Below, one piece after another: positions 36,338-48,500 of a stretch of 64,000 bases of DNA. This stretch comes from a virus. The translations under genes and the position numbers were made by a program. The notes beneath the pieces were generated by a model. That model searched no databases. It was not told where the DNA came from and saw nothing but the letters and a program-made list of their open reading frames with translations. Within the stretch, counting starts at the first letter, position 1, and the number at the start of each line of letters is the position of its first letter. The DNA is taken from IMG/VR virus record IMGVR_UViG_3300025759_000076, positions 1 through 64,000 of that record; one strand, 5' to 3'.

Positions 36338-36403
36338 ATCAAAGAAAGAGTTCTGTTTTATTATTTATAACTAAATACTAATACTAACAGATACCTAATA
36401 AAG

Positions 36404-36577
36404 ATGGCGAGACTTGGTATTAATACCGGTACTGCTCCAAATGACGGAACCGGAGATACCCTTTTTCAAGCAGGAGATAAGACAAATAAAAATTTTAGTG
36501 AGTTATATAACTTTTTAGGTAATGGTACAGACCTTGCGTCTGGGTTTGTTACTTCAATTACTGCAGGAGACAATATC
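36404..36577 (+). pseudogene. Truncated gp9/gp10-like fibre N-terminus
   Basis: MARLGINTGTAPNDGTGDTL..AGDK.N.NF.ELY, similar to 51762-52055; after GDNI the frame reads the antisense of another fragment. Confidence 0.7.
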
Positions 36578-36712
36578 AGAGATATTTTTGCAGTAGTTCC
36601 ATTACCTGCAAAAAGTTTCATCTGTCCAGCATTCAACTGGATTTTTGTGTTTGTACTATTGCCAGTCTTTCTTCTAATCTGGTCTACATAAATGTCATTA
36701 TTGAATGTACAT
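36578..36712 (-). pseudogene. Startless fibre-like gene fragment
   Basis: Reads VCTFNNDIYVDQIRRKTGNSTNTKIQLNAGQMKLFAGNGTTAKISL with no upstream in-frame ATG; TATAAATA late promoter at about 36745-36752. Confidence 0.45.
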
Positions 36713-36754
36713 ACAAAATAAACTACATCAAGTAGTTCATTATATATTTATATT

Positions 36755-38143
36755 CTATCTTGCTTCGAGTTTATCTAACCTAGATTTGAGAAGTTCATTC
36801 TCATCTTTGAGCTCTTTAACAGACTCAATCAATAGACCAATCAAACCATTGTAGTTCACTGATTTGGGGAAAGAACCTGCAATTAGCTCGGGGAATACCT
36901 CTTCAACTTCCTGAGCAATAACACCCATAGAAGGCTTATGGGTGTTAATGAAGTCAAAGTGAACACCATTCAACTTGGAAACCTTATCCAGTGGACTAGC
37001 AATAACTCTTATATTCTCCTTAACACGCCTATCTGATAAAGAATCAAAGCTCTGTGAAGTAATAATACCAGAAATAGTAGCATTACTAGCTGAAATAAAG
37101 CCAACAGTAGCAATACCAGTTATGTTGATATTACTTATGATGTCCGCCTTTTGTGCAGTCAGACTATTAACAATAATATTTGGTATGCCAGTCAGACCTT
37201 GTGCATTAGTTGCAACTCCTGCAGTGGTCGCATAAGTTGCAATACCAGCAACATGGGCATAACTTGAGTTAGTTGCAAATTCTGATGTTGTGGAGATACC
37301 TGCAGTATGTGCATAACCTGCATCAGCACCAACCCACTTACCAGTAGATGTTTGATATTTAAGTACTTTGTCATTGACCTTGGCACTGTCTCTGTCAACA
37401 TCATCCAAGAATTCAAGTCTGACTTCACCACCACCACCTTGGACTTCAACCTTCTGAATGGTTTGATAAAACATCTTACGAAGTTGGCCAACCTCACGCT
37501 TCATTCGAGCCATCTCAGTTTCAGACTCATTGAGTTGTTCTTCTTCTGGAATCAATTGTTCCAAAATCTCAAGAGTTTTATCAATAGTACTTTCTTCTTT
37601 AGATACTATCTCACTACCAAGACCTTCTGTTGGTTTTAATGGTTCTGGTGTGATAATATCTTCAGTTTCTATCTTAAGTGGTTTATAATCATCCTTCCAG
37701 TTACTAGTATCTACTTCTTCCTTCTGTTGTTTTACCCAATCATCAGGTATAAGATTATGTTTTTCTTTAAATTGATTATGTAATTTGGTTGGTGTAATAT
37801 TATACTCTGCACTAATCCCTCTCATAAGTCTATCAATTGACTTATAAGATGTACTTTTAAGATTTACCAGTTCAGTTTCTAAAACCTTTACTGCTTTTAT
37901 CGCACTTTGTTCTACCTTCGGGGTTTCATTGAACAAAAATGCTTCAAAAATCTTAGCATCTTTTTTAATTTTATCTAGTTCTTTTTCTTTTTTTAAGTTT
38001 TTTTCTTTAACCTTCCGTTTTTCTTCACTCAAACTTGAGAAAAGGTCTCCAAGGGATACCTCCCCAAGTATTTCTTTATTCTTTTCTTTACTTTTTTTCT
38101 TCTCTTCACCAATAAGAGAAAAGAAATCTCCTAAGTTATCCAT
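36755..38143 (-). CDS. Chimeric virion protein with C-terminal peptidase S74 intramolecular chaperone
   Basis: SDRRVKENI...LNGVHF...GVIAQEVEEVFPEL...VNYNGLIGLLIESVKEL; GGGGEVRLEFLDDV; GIST/GIAT repeats. Confidence 0.85.
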   Translation of the reverse strand: MDNLGDFFSLIGEEKKKSKEKNKEILGEVSLGDLFSSLSEEKRKVKEKNLKKEKELDKIKKDAKIFEAFLFNETPKVEQSAIKAVKVLETELVNLKSTSYKSIDRLMRGISAEYNITPTKLHNQFKEKHNLIPDDWVKQQKEEVDTSNWKDDYKPLKIETEDIITPEPLKPTEGLGSEIVSKEESTIDKTLEILEQLIPEEEQLNESETEMARMKREVGQLRKMFYQTIQKVEVQGGGGEVRLEFLDDVDRDSAKVNDKVLKYQTSTGKWVGADAGYAHTAGISTTSEFATNSSYAHVAGIATYATTAGVATNAQGLTGIPNIIVNSLTAQKADIISNINITGIATVGFISASNATISGIITSQSFDSLSDRRVKENIRVIASPLDKVSKLNGVHFDFINTHKPSMGVIAQEVEEVFPELIAGSFPKSVNYNGLIGLLIESVKELKDENELLKSRLDKLEAR

Positions 38144-38145
38144 TT

Positions 38146-38481
38146 TTACACAGATATAGTTGAATTCACAATAACTGAACCCTCAAAAACCTTCGATACT
38201 ACATTCGAACCAGAGGTTACAAGAATATCATAGTAGTTTCTACCTACAGTCAAATTCGATGTAATTGAAGTTCCCATCGACAACGTAATTGTTCCGGTAG
38301 TTGATGCAATACCTACAGTAAAACTCTGAACATTGAGTACATCTTCTGGATATTTTCTAATTTTAGAAACCCCAGTGTAACCAGTCAAATCGATAATAGT
38401 CTGGTCAGGATTTTTCATCACAAAATTCTGTGAAAAATCTGTACCTTTGTCGATTTGTATATTTACTGATTCAGCAGCCAT
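38146..38481 (-). CDS. Small virion structural protein
   Basis: NIQIDKGTDF..F, DLTGY...KIRK, GRNYYDILV, V.EG.V.V. Confidence 0.75.
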   Translation of the reverse strand: MAAESVNIQIDKGTDFSQNFVMKNPDQTIIDLTGYTGVSKIRKYPEDVLNVQSFTVGIASTTGTITLSMGTSITSNLTVGRNYYDILVTSGSNVVSKVFEGSVIVNSTISV

Positions 38482-38490
38482 TGTATTTTT

Positions 38491-38916
38491 TTAAGTATTT
38501 AGGTCCTTACCTGCATTCTTTAACATCTTCTGAAGGTCTGCAGTTGAACCAACAAAAAGAGCATTATTGACGGTTGTTGGTCCTTTCAATTCCTCTTCCT
38601 TATTAACATCTTTCAACTTCTTCTGAAGGTCCATCAACTTATCAGTTGCATCAGAGACACTCTTAATTAATTGACCAGCAACTTCATATGCTCTCGGCAT
38701 CTCACTTTCTTGAGCTAGTTCAAGAATACCATTGATTGCTTCCTGACCCTTTTCAATGATTGAGTATAAATTACCTCTGGTATATTCGTAGTCTTTACGA
38801 ATATCTTCCTTGGAATTTTCATACCTTTCAATTCTCTTCTCAATAACATTCTTTTCTGGTGTTACCTCTATTGGTTCAACATCAAAAGTTTCATTGAGCT
38901 TTTCATACTTATCCAT
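38491..38916 (-). CDS. gp16: Terminase small subunit
   Basis: DYEYTRGNL, PRAYEVAGQLIK, FVGSTADLQK. Confidence 0.95.
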   Translation of the reverse strand: MDKYEKLNETFDVEPIEVTPEKNVIEKRIERYENSKEDIRKDYEYTRGNLYSIIEKGQEAINGILELAQESEMPRAYEVAGQLIKSVSDATDKLMDLQKKLKDVNKEEELKGPTTVNNALFVGSTADLQKMLKNAGKDLNT

Positions 38917-38924
38917 GATTTACC

Positions 38925-39926
38925 TCAGAAAAGATTTCCATCAAAACCGAAATTGTCACCAACTTCAATTTGTTCATTATCCGATTGAGTTATTGTATAT
39001 ACTTTCTCTCCAAGTAAATGATTTTGTAGTGGTGACTTATCTTGAGCTCTCTTAACTACTAGTCTATTTCCTGTCACATTCTCCACATACATTTCTTCTT
39101 GACCAATGTAAATATATGACTTCTCTGGAATCTTAGTTCCATCATCAACATCAATGATGGTTTCTACCATATCAACATTCTCCGAAAGTAGAGTTGCAAC
39201 TACACCATCATAATCTTTAACTGCCCTTGGAGTAACTTGATATGTAACATCTCTTTCATATGAATTACCACTGGTGGAACCAGCAACATAACCAATAGAA
39301 ACCTTTTTGATGATGTCCGAAGAAACATCCTTAAGAGGACCAAAGACATAAGTCTTTGCCGTAAATGTCAGAGTGTATATAAGTGCTCTTCTTGTATCAA
39401 AATTACCTTCATAATCATCACTCATAACAATGTTATCCAGTTGAACCGGAACATTGATTACTTCATTCAGATTACCCAAGAACTTGATAGGAAGGGTATA
39501 TCCTGGTTGAAAGTAAGGAACAATTTGTTCAATAATTTGAAGCATATCATCATTCAATTTGGTGTAAATTGAAAGAGTGATTGTCATGTTATATGGAACA
39601 GGAAGATATCCTTTCTTCGTCTCTGTTCCATCAGAACTTGTATAAACTACTGTCTGCGTTTGTGTTGATTTTCTTGAGGAATCATATGCCAGATTTGTAA
39701 ATTCAAATGACATCCTCGGAAGTGTCATTTGAACTGGTGCATTCAAGTCTGGGTTCTGTTTCAGTCTTGCAAGAAATTTTTGAGTAGGTCCGTAAGCAAG
39801 AGGAACTTTGATGACACTAAAGGTGGAGTCATTCTCATCTTTATGTTGAATTTGGATTCCATTGAATAAAGAACCAAATCCAATAATTACAGATCTAAAG
39901 ATCTCATTGTAAAAATATTCAAACAT
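38925..39926 (-). CDS. gp15: Tail sheath terminator/stabilizer
   Basis: FG.LFN, VPLAYGPTQKFLAR, LPRMSFE, QIIEQIVPYFQP. Confidence 0.95.
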   Translation of the reverse strand: MFEYFYNEIFRSVIIGFGSLFNGIQIQHKDENDSTFSVIKVPLAYGPTQKFLARLKQNPDLNAPVQMTLPRMSFEFTNLAYDSSRKSTQTQTVVYTSSDGTETKKGYLPVPYNMTITLSIYTKLNDDMLQIIEQIVPYFQPGYTLPIKFLGNLNEVINVPVQLDNIVMSDDYEGNFDTRRALIYTLTFTAKTYVFGPLKDVSSDIIKKVSIGYVAGSTSGNSYERDVTYQVTPRAVKDYDGVVATLLSENVDMVETIIDVDDGTKIPEKSYIYIGQEEMYVENVTGNRLVVKRAQDKSPLQNHLLGEKVYTITQSDNEQIEVGDNFGFDGNLF

Positions 39927-39953
39927 TACTTTGAAGACATATACTTCTATTTA

Positions 39954-41423
39954 TCAGGGCATACCAAATGGATTGGATGTTGAGAAATCTAAAATTGTTT
40001 TTGCTTCTGACTCAATGTTATCATTATCTGCAAATGGTGTGACTAAATCATCAGTATTTACAGAACCAATTACATACTTTGCTCCAGATGTACTACCGGT
40101 TATATATTCTTGTGGAACAAAATTACCACTTACAATACTGATCTCCATAATATTTGTAACACCATTCCATTCCTTGACCCTTGCAGTTGTACCAGATAGA
40201 GAACCGGTTACAATCTCATTAAATACGAACATTCCACCAACACTAATATCAGGATTATCGACAAACGGCGGATCAATAATTACGACTGGGTTGGTGTCAT
40301 ATCCAGAACCACCATCAATAACATAAATTGCTGTAACAATACCTGCACTAATTGTAGCAAGACCAACTGCATATCTAGATGGTGATGGGTAGAATGAATC
40401 GAATGTTGTAACAGAAGAATCCCAATAATAATTAGTATCACTGAATAGTGGATAGGTACCTGCGGTCAAACCAATAGAAACATTAGGTGGTTTGATATAT
40501 CCAGAACCACCATCGGTAACTGTGATTTTACGAACAGAACCGTCTGTAGAAATACCAGTAGTTGCAGCTGCACCAACACCAGTATCTCCAGTTATTGATA
40601 CCCAAGGTGCAACATTATATCCACAACCAGCATCTGTCATATGAATAGCAGAAATTCTACCACCTATACCATTGCAATTTGGATAGTTGTAAGATAGTGA
40701 TGCAATACCTGTAGCAGTAATTCCTCCTGGAGGTGCTGAAGAGAAACCAACTTGAGGTTGTGTCACATAATCCTTACCCATATTGGTAATGGTTACCTGA
40801 CTCACTGCACCTGCTGGACATACCTGTGCGGTTGCTGTTGCAGATCTACCAGCACCAATTAGTGTTAGTGTCTGAATGTAACCAATCTGTGCAATCTCAT
40901 CATCAATATCTTCAATACCAGTATCAATAACTTCGTCTTCATAACGGAAGAGTTCACATCTTAACTCATAGACATATGTCTTCTTGAGTTGATAGAAGGG
41001 TTGTTCATGTTCTACAAACTTAATTTCAAATAACCTATCCCCAAGAGGGAAGTATATTAAGTCACCCTCTTTTGGTCGTGTCGAAAGTTCAATATCTGGA
41101 ACATCTTTAATCAGTGGTGTAATATAATTCTCATATCTTTCTTTTGAAATGACAAGTTGTAAGTCATCTCTATTTTCAATACCAAATTTCGAGAGAATAC
41201 TTCCCTGACCAGTATATCCTTCATAGTTATCTACATACGCTTCAATAGGATATGCATTAGTGAAGTCAGATTGAATAACTTCTTTGATAACAGTATTCGT
41301 TGTAACATACCTTCTGGGTAAGTAATAGACTTCTATTCCATACATCCTCAACTGTTCGTTGACAAGACTCTGGACTAGATTCTGCTCAGTTTTACTACCG
41401 TTCAGGAAAAATGGGTTGAGCAT
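39954..41423 (-). CDS. gp14: Neck protein with inserted G.GY repeat region
   Basis: G.EVYYLPR, LSKFGI, RPKEGDLIYFP, FYQL.K.YVY, DFS.SNPFG. Confidence 0.93.
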   Translation of the reverse strand: MLNPFFLNGSKTEQNLVQSLVNEQLRMYGIEVYYLPRRYVTTNTVIKEVIQSDFTNAYPIEAYVDNYEGYTGQGSILSKFGIENRDDLQLVISKERYENYITPLIKDVPDIELSTRPKEGDLIYFPLGDRLFEIKFVEHEQPFYQLKKTYVYELRCELFRYEDEVIDTGIEDIDDEIAQIGYIQTLTLIGAGRSATATAQVCPAGAVSQVTITNMGKDYVTQPQVGFSSAPPGGITATGIASLSYNYPNCNGIGGRISAIHMTDAGCGYNVAPWVSITGDTGVGAAATTGISTDGSVRKITVTDGGSGYIKPPNVSIGLTAGTYPLFSDTNYYWDSSVTTFDSFYPSPSRYAVGLATISAGIVTAIYVIDGGSGYDTNPVVIIDPPFVDNPDISVGGMFVFNEIVTGSLSGTTARVKEWNGVTNIMEISIVSGNFVPQEYITGSTSGAKYVIGSVNTDDLVTPFADNDNIESEAKTILDFSTSNPFGMP

Positions 41424-41429
41424 AATGTA

Positions 41430-42302
41430 TTAGCCAATAAGATCTAAAGGTGGAAGTTCATATGTACTCATCATCTTCTCTTGGATCTTATCAAGATCTG
41501 CTTGACCGTCTTCATATATTTGTCTTCCATTAAATTCAATACCACCTGGAAGTTTCACACCCTGGAACTTAATCAAATTCTGACCCCACTGTTTTTTAAC
41601 AAGGGCAGTTACATATGGTTTCAAGAACGAATCGTTCCAAATTCTCGAATACTCATTAGGGTCATTTGCTGCCCAACAATCAAGAACAAGAAACTCACCA
41701 ACCTGTAACTCACTCCAATCAATATCCAAATACAACCTATCAGTTCTCTGATTAAATCTAATCTGTTTGTGAGTGTTTAGAATAAAGTTAACTGTCTCCA
41801 AATAACTCATCGTCATCGAGTACGATGTCAAATCATACCCCGAAGCACCCCATCCATTGAGACCAATAAAATCATTCAACATCATTTGATACTTGACATT
41901 GAACATTCCTTGTCCCATTCCACCACCAAACTGAAATGCTTTATTCACTCCAATGATTGAGGGTGGAAGTTGTATATAATTACTGTTTTGATAGTATGTA
42001 AATGTTGTTGCAGTTCCTACAATATTTGCAGTAGCTGATGTTGACGCAATACCAGTAGTTCCACTCTCGTTTTGAGGAGCACCAGGTGGTCTTGCTCTTC
42101 CCCTGTTAACATCGTCTTGAGTTATCTGATACTTCAAATATACCTGGGTAACACCATCAAAGTGTCTCTCATTGAAATATTGAATTGCATCATCAATAAG
42201 ATCTTGAACCTGTTCGTCAGCAACATTGACCTCCAAAACAGGAGCACCAAGTTGTCTCAAAACATAATCGGTAAATTCTTGTCTGGTGGTAGGCTGAGCC
42301 AT
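41430..42302 (-). CDS. gp13: Neck protein
   Basis: LRQLGAPVLEVNVADEQ, K.QWGQNLIKFQGVKLPGG. Confidence 0.95.
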   Translation of the reverse strand: MAQPTTRQEFTDYVLRQLGAPVLEVNVADEQVQDLIDDAIQYFNERHFDGVTQVYLKYQITQDDVNRGRARPPGAPQNESGTTGIASTSATANIVGTATTFTYYQNSNYIQLPPSIIGVNKAFQFGGGMGQGMFNVKYQMMLNDFIGLNGWGASGYDLTSYSMTMSYLETVNFILNTHKQIRFNQRTDRLYLDIDWSELQVGEFLVLDCWAANDPNEYSRIWNDSFLKPYVTALVKKQWGQNLIKFQGVKLPGGIEFNGRQIYEDGQADLDKIQEKMMSTYELPPLDLIG

Positions 42303-42325
42303 TTATATAAGAACTTCTATATTGA

Positions 42326-42568
42326 CTATTTATAGTCTGGTCTTAACATCGATGTAATATCTGAAAGCAAATTCTTAATATCACTCATATCACCTTTTAG
42401 AGACAACACTTCACTCTGAAGAGAATCAATTCTTTGTCTCTCCTTAGTCATGTTATCCCTATTTTTTACATAAGCTTGGAACTCAAGGTTATTTTTATTA
42501 AGAATGGCTCCGGTTGAGGAGTCTCTAAAATAACCTTCCATTCCTTCTACTGGTATCAACTGTTTCAT
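42326..42568 (-). CDS. Small coiled-coil hypothetical protein (start revised to 42568)
   Basis: PVEG..GYFRD..TGAILN, C-terminal heptads. Confidence 0.75.
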   Translation of the reverse strand: MKQLIPVEGMEGYFRDSSTGAILNKNNLEFQAYVKNRDNMTKERQRIDSLQSEVLSLKGDMSDIKNLLSDITSMLRPDYK

Positions 42569-42569
42569 A

Positions 42570-45500
42570 TCAAGCGAACGAAATTGCACGAAGGTTTCTT
42601 ATCAGTGGAGCATTGGACTGATCAGTCGATGTACCCACTATCTTGATACGGAAAGAACCAAATGGTACTAAGTCATTTATTGTGAATTTATACTCCTTGT
42701 AGAGGTTCACAGACGGCTCTGGTTGATAGGAATCAATCTTAGGTACTTTTACATCAGATGTACCATTATTGTTTGAGATATCAATAATAGCACCATTACT
42801 TGCAACATTCGAATATCCTGGGAATGGGATAAAGACTGTCTCTTCCGGTTTAGTGTCTTGATTCACCGCATAGAACAATCTAATATCATTGTTATTAGAA
42901 ATGTATGCATCCAATATAACTTGAAGAGAAGTTGCAGGATTCTCAAGAACAATATTCTTGGAAACATATACGAACGAGTTTGGGTCAGTCTCCGTACCAT
43001 TGACTCTAAAGTCAGATGCATAATTAGTAACTGGTTTATTTACTCTATTTGAAGTAAAGACTACAGAAGCGTTATCCAGGTCAATTGCAGGACTCAATCT
43101 GTCATCAGTACTAAACATACTGAACAACATGGAGAATGATTTCTGACCAGGATATGTGTCACTATTCAAATATAGAGACTCATTCAGTGGTGATGCAATC
43201 ATTCTCTGAGAGTTGAAGTAATTTTTACTGAAGATATTGATTTGTTCGTAACCCTCATCGACATATGACTGTTGATTTCCAGAAATACTTGATGCAGAGA
43301 CTGTTCTTACTTGAGTGATAATATTAGTACCAGTTGGTGTGATTGTAGTCACTTTTGGTGTAATCAACGAGAAAGGTAGGTTATAGGAACCTGTGACATC
43401 TGGACCACCACCAACAGTTCTTTCATTGAAGTATAAAGGTGGGAAACCATCTGCATTACCAGGTGCTCTATTCACACCACCAACATTCATCTGAACTTTG
43501 ATGTAATAGTAATCCAAACCAATAGGTGCCTCTACCAAATCACTTGCATTGACATTTGAAAGTAGATGTTGTCTATTAATTCTTCTCAGCGAAACACCAT
43601 TCAATTGATACTTAGTAACAAGTTCTCCCATATCATGAGTTGCAATCGTCGTATTATCTACTCCTCTTACAATACCCGTCAATGTTCTACCATTAATACC
43701 ATTGTAACTGATAATTTCATCTCCGATCTTAATGTAACCGGGGTTAGTAGCACCAACTCCAATATTTTCAAATGTAGTGAATTCACTTTCTCCACCATCA
43801 AGAACAATAAATGAAGTTGAATTGAACGAATATTCTTGAGCAAGACCGGTTGGTATAGTATCTGAAGCTACTTCGGCGAGATCAAGTCTATTTACATTCG
43901 AGTATAGACCATGATTTCTTTGGAACACCTTAATATAATCACCATTGGTTACGACGTTTATTGGAGAAACTGGAATTACATCTCCACCAACACTAGAATT
44001 AAGTTCTGTCGTAATACCACTATTGTTATCATAGTATAGTGGGTAACTTGCATTAGCGATAAAGTTGCCTTGAACATTATCCAATATCAAAGTGTTATTT
44101 CCAAGAATTGCATTAACAGAAAGTTGCATTCCAGAACCAAGATTAACACCACCCAAGTTGACTGGGGTTAATACGTCCCCAACAACATAACCAACACCAC
44201 CATTGTTTATAGTTGCCGCAGTAGCAGAACCATCAGTAATAGTAATATTTGCAGTAGCATTCAATCCCTTACCGGTAATCGAAGTTAGTGCAACTCCAGT
44301 ATAAGATTGACTACCACTTGCCGGTACATATCCACTACCAGTGTTTGTAAGTGAAAGACTTGATGTTGCAGATCCTGCAAATGCGACCAACGTACCAGTT
44401 GCGCCAATATTGAGTTGTTTAACAGTATTACCTACAGTTAGGTCAGTATCTTGAACTGTAGTTCCAAGACCAACCCTAATTTCTCTAGAATTCATAGAGA
44501 GACCAGTTGGATCAATCTGTGAAAGTGATGTGGGTAGATTTGGATTAAAGAACTGAACGTTACCAGATGGACTAAACGAAGCTCTAAACATCTCAAACTT
44601 AAGGTCTTCATACTGACTTGGAGTCCATACTGAAGCATTTTGAGATTTAAACAAAGAACCAAGAAGAGGTTGTTCTGTTACAAGAATCTGACCAGCCTCT
44701 TGGTCTACAGTTCTTACGTCAGCCTCACCTAATCTACTAATCCATACTCTCCACTCAACCGAGTGTGACAGTAGAACCATAGCGTATTCAGTTCCACCGT
44801 TTAGGTATACTGGAGATGGTAATGTAATAGTATATGGAACAGAACCATCATCACTGACTGTTACGTCTGCAGGTTCAATATCAACTTCAGAGAAAGCAAG
44901 AACAGTCTCTGTTGGTGTTCCAAGTTTACATTCTCTCAACTGGAAAGTTGCTGGAGTGTTTGCATCTTTTGACTGGAAGAATACATTGACTTTGGTGATA
45001 AAAATTCCAGTCTCATCATCAACACGGAATGTTTGTGCGAGAGGGTCTCGTGCATTATTTTGCGGCCGAGGTGGTGGAGTTGGTCTTCGTATAACATTGG
45101 TAATAAAATTTTGCCCGATATTAGATGTGAAATTATTACCAAGACTTCTCGATTGACTGGAGTCTACAGTTTCAACAGTAGTATTTCTCAAAGAGAGTGT
45201 TGATTCTTGAGTAGTATCTACATTACCCTGTGAATAGAATGTTCCCTCTCCTGCAGTGGTTGTTGCCCCTTCAATTTGACTGTTAATCTTACTACTGGTA
45301 AGTCTAAATCTTGACCTACCAGTTTCAAACGTTGGGTTGGCATTATTTGCACCATCAGGTACTCTGAATGATGCCTGTAGAGTACCAACAGTATCACTGA
45401 TAAGTCTTACGTTAGTGATTTTTGCTTGAGCACCACTAGTCCTACCCGTCAGAATCATTCCCTTTGTGATGTAACCACTAAACTGTGGAAAATCTTCAGA

Positions 45501-48500
45501 AGAAAGACTGAATGTGTCTACGTTTACAGTACTAGACGATTCTGAATAAACAGAATTGACAGAAACGTTTCTATCATATGGACTTTGATCATATAGATCT
45601 GTTGGATTATTATATGGACCGTACTTATGGTCAGACTTTGCAACTCTAAAGTCGATACGTGGAACAGAACTAGAATTATTTCTTCTAGAACCACCGTCAT
45701 TCAATCTACCATTAACAGTTTCACCGATAACGAATGCACCATGAGTCATTTCAATTTCAATCAACTTAGGTACAACAAACTTGTTGACATCTACTTGATC
45801 AAAGAATGAATAAAGTCTAGTGTAAGGTCTGAATTTTGTTGCAGTAACTTCAATATTTCGAGATCTCATGAAGTGAATGATATCTCTTCTTACAACTCTA
45901 TCTCCAAGAGATTCTGTCTCAATTACTTCATTAACTGTTAATTGTGTTCCAGATCTTTGTTGATCCTGTGTAATTCCACCCCTTGCAGAAATATTATTGA
46001 CAATTGCATCACTTGCATCAATGATCTGGTCAACCCCAACATCTCTTCCACGAAGAAGATTGTCTACAAGACCATTTGATATTACATCAGATGCACCTTG
46101 AAGGAATTGTTGAACATTTGACAATGACATGTCTATATTGACACCAACAGTTTCCCATGAATTCCAAAGAACAGGACTTACACCAGTTCTTGAACCATCA
46201 GCATTGGTTGTGACTTCTGCGCTAAGAGATTCTGCAATACCTTGGAAAGAACCTTCCATCATTACATTATTAATCTCAAGTCTATTGACATCAATCCAAA
46301 CATCAACATCTGGAGTCAACTCAATGGTGCCTTGCCAGAACTGAATTAGGAAAGGAGTGACACTTTCAATTCTTGTTGCATATGGTTGTGTCAACCAAGA
46401 TTGATCAGTATAGTCAAGAGTAATAATTCTTCCTGTTTGTTTGATACCATTACCAAAAATCTCTGCAAATTGGGAATCTTGGTTTGCGTCAGAAGTTGCC
46501 CCAATTCCAGGAATTGCAGTTGTTCCTAGCTGAAGATTAATTGCAGTAGTGTAATGGGAGGGTCTTAGAATACCTTTCTTAGTATCAATACTATTCTTGA
46601 TACCAATCGTAGAATCTTGTGGTTCAAGAGAAGAGAAGTTATCTACAAAAATACCAGACTTAAACTTATTATTACCATTTACATCTTCTACAAACAAATT
46701 GAGAGTATTTGTCTCAATCTGACTCAAGGAAGTGTAGTACTCAAGATTTTTAATTCTCTGTTCAAGTTTAGCGATATCAGTCATCTGATATCTCTTATGC
46801 TCTACAAAATTAATTTTTGCATCAGATGTATTGTATAAGTATGCGGGTAGGAAAACATTCGCAATATTCATTGCTCCACTGATACTATCAGGAAGTCTTG
46901 GTTGGTCCTGAGGAGTACCTTGAATTACACTTATAGAACCAGATTTATCAATATAAACCCTATCTGCTCTCGGAAGATAATATTCATAACCAAGAGTCAT
47001 TACTTCATCAGAAGCGATAATATGGGTAGAACTGTGTTGATTCCCATCAACATCATCTGCAAAGTTTCTACCATCAAATTCTAGTGGTGATCTTGCACCA
47101 GCAACAACAGTATAATCAGTTACTCTAGGTCTTGCATCAATAATATCAGAATTTCTATGTCCATTTACTGTGGACAATTTTGCATAATCAAAATTATTAT
47201 ACGAGTTTACTGTGGTGATATCACCTTGGTCCGCAGGATCATAATGGGCATTTTGATAGTAAACTCTCAGTCTTCTAGAAGGAATTCCTGCAGAACCCTT
47301 TCTGATAATTCTTGAATAATCATAATATCCACCTTTCTGTCCATTAGAGAACTTGAAATCTTTGGTAATATTTTTGGAACCCAATTTTACAGTATTTGCA
47401 ATACCATTGGTTGAAGATAGATTACCCGATACAACTTCTCCATTTTGGAAAGTTGAACTATTTAAGTAGATAAAATATACTTTAGTATCTGTAAATTTCT
47501 CAATATATATTGCCTTAGCACCACTAGTTTGACCAGTCAGAGTCTCGCCGATAAACAAATCATTAGTTGTACCACTAACACCATTCATTTGAGATAGTGT
47601 CATATATGGGGCAGTAGGATCTCCTACATCATCAGACTGAAATACACCATAAATCTTAGTCACATCTGGGATATTCAGACAAATAACTTCGTCTTGTACT
47701 CTTGTTCCGAATGGATAATCTCCTGCAACCAATCCATCATCTAGAGTTGTAGAACCAATACCAGATGCAGATGAACTTGACTTGTCAATAATAAGACTGT
47801 TAGAGACAGAATTTAGTTTAGTTTTAGATGTAACATTACTTTTTTTAATTGTAGTAATGAGTTGAGTGTTAACATCGTTTGCACCCAGACCAGTAATTTG
47901 AACTGATGCAAATCCATTAGTAAATACAAATCTATCTTGGGTGAGAACTTCCGTCTGACCATTTGACCTGATTAAAGTATATCTTTCTTCGTCAAAGGGT
48001 AAGAATACTTCGTTATCTCCTGCATTGATAACCGCAGTAGAGTTAGATGTGATATTTGTATTATACTGTCTTCTGATGATAATATCAGAATTAATTAAAT
48101 CTACAGATGCGACATTACTCTTGGGGAATGCACTATACAGTGATTCGTTATCGGTAATATTACCAGAACCGGCGTTTCTTTGGGCTCTAGTACTAATTAT
48201 TTGTACATTAGAAATAGCTTCACTACTTCCTGTAGGAAGATTACCATCACAAATACCGGGAACTGTTGTTACACCCTCGACTGTAATATTGGTTCTACCA
48301 ACTCCAGTCACTCTTGTAAATGTTACGGTATCCAGATTAGTTCTAGAGAATCTTACGAGGTTACCAACAGTGACAATACCAACAAAAGAGAAACCCGGAT
48401 CTACTGGAATTGAAATTCTTGAAGAATTACCAACTTCTGGTGAACATGTTGCATTACCGATATCATAAACTGGGGTCTGAATAATATCCGCAGTAAATGT

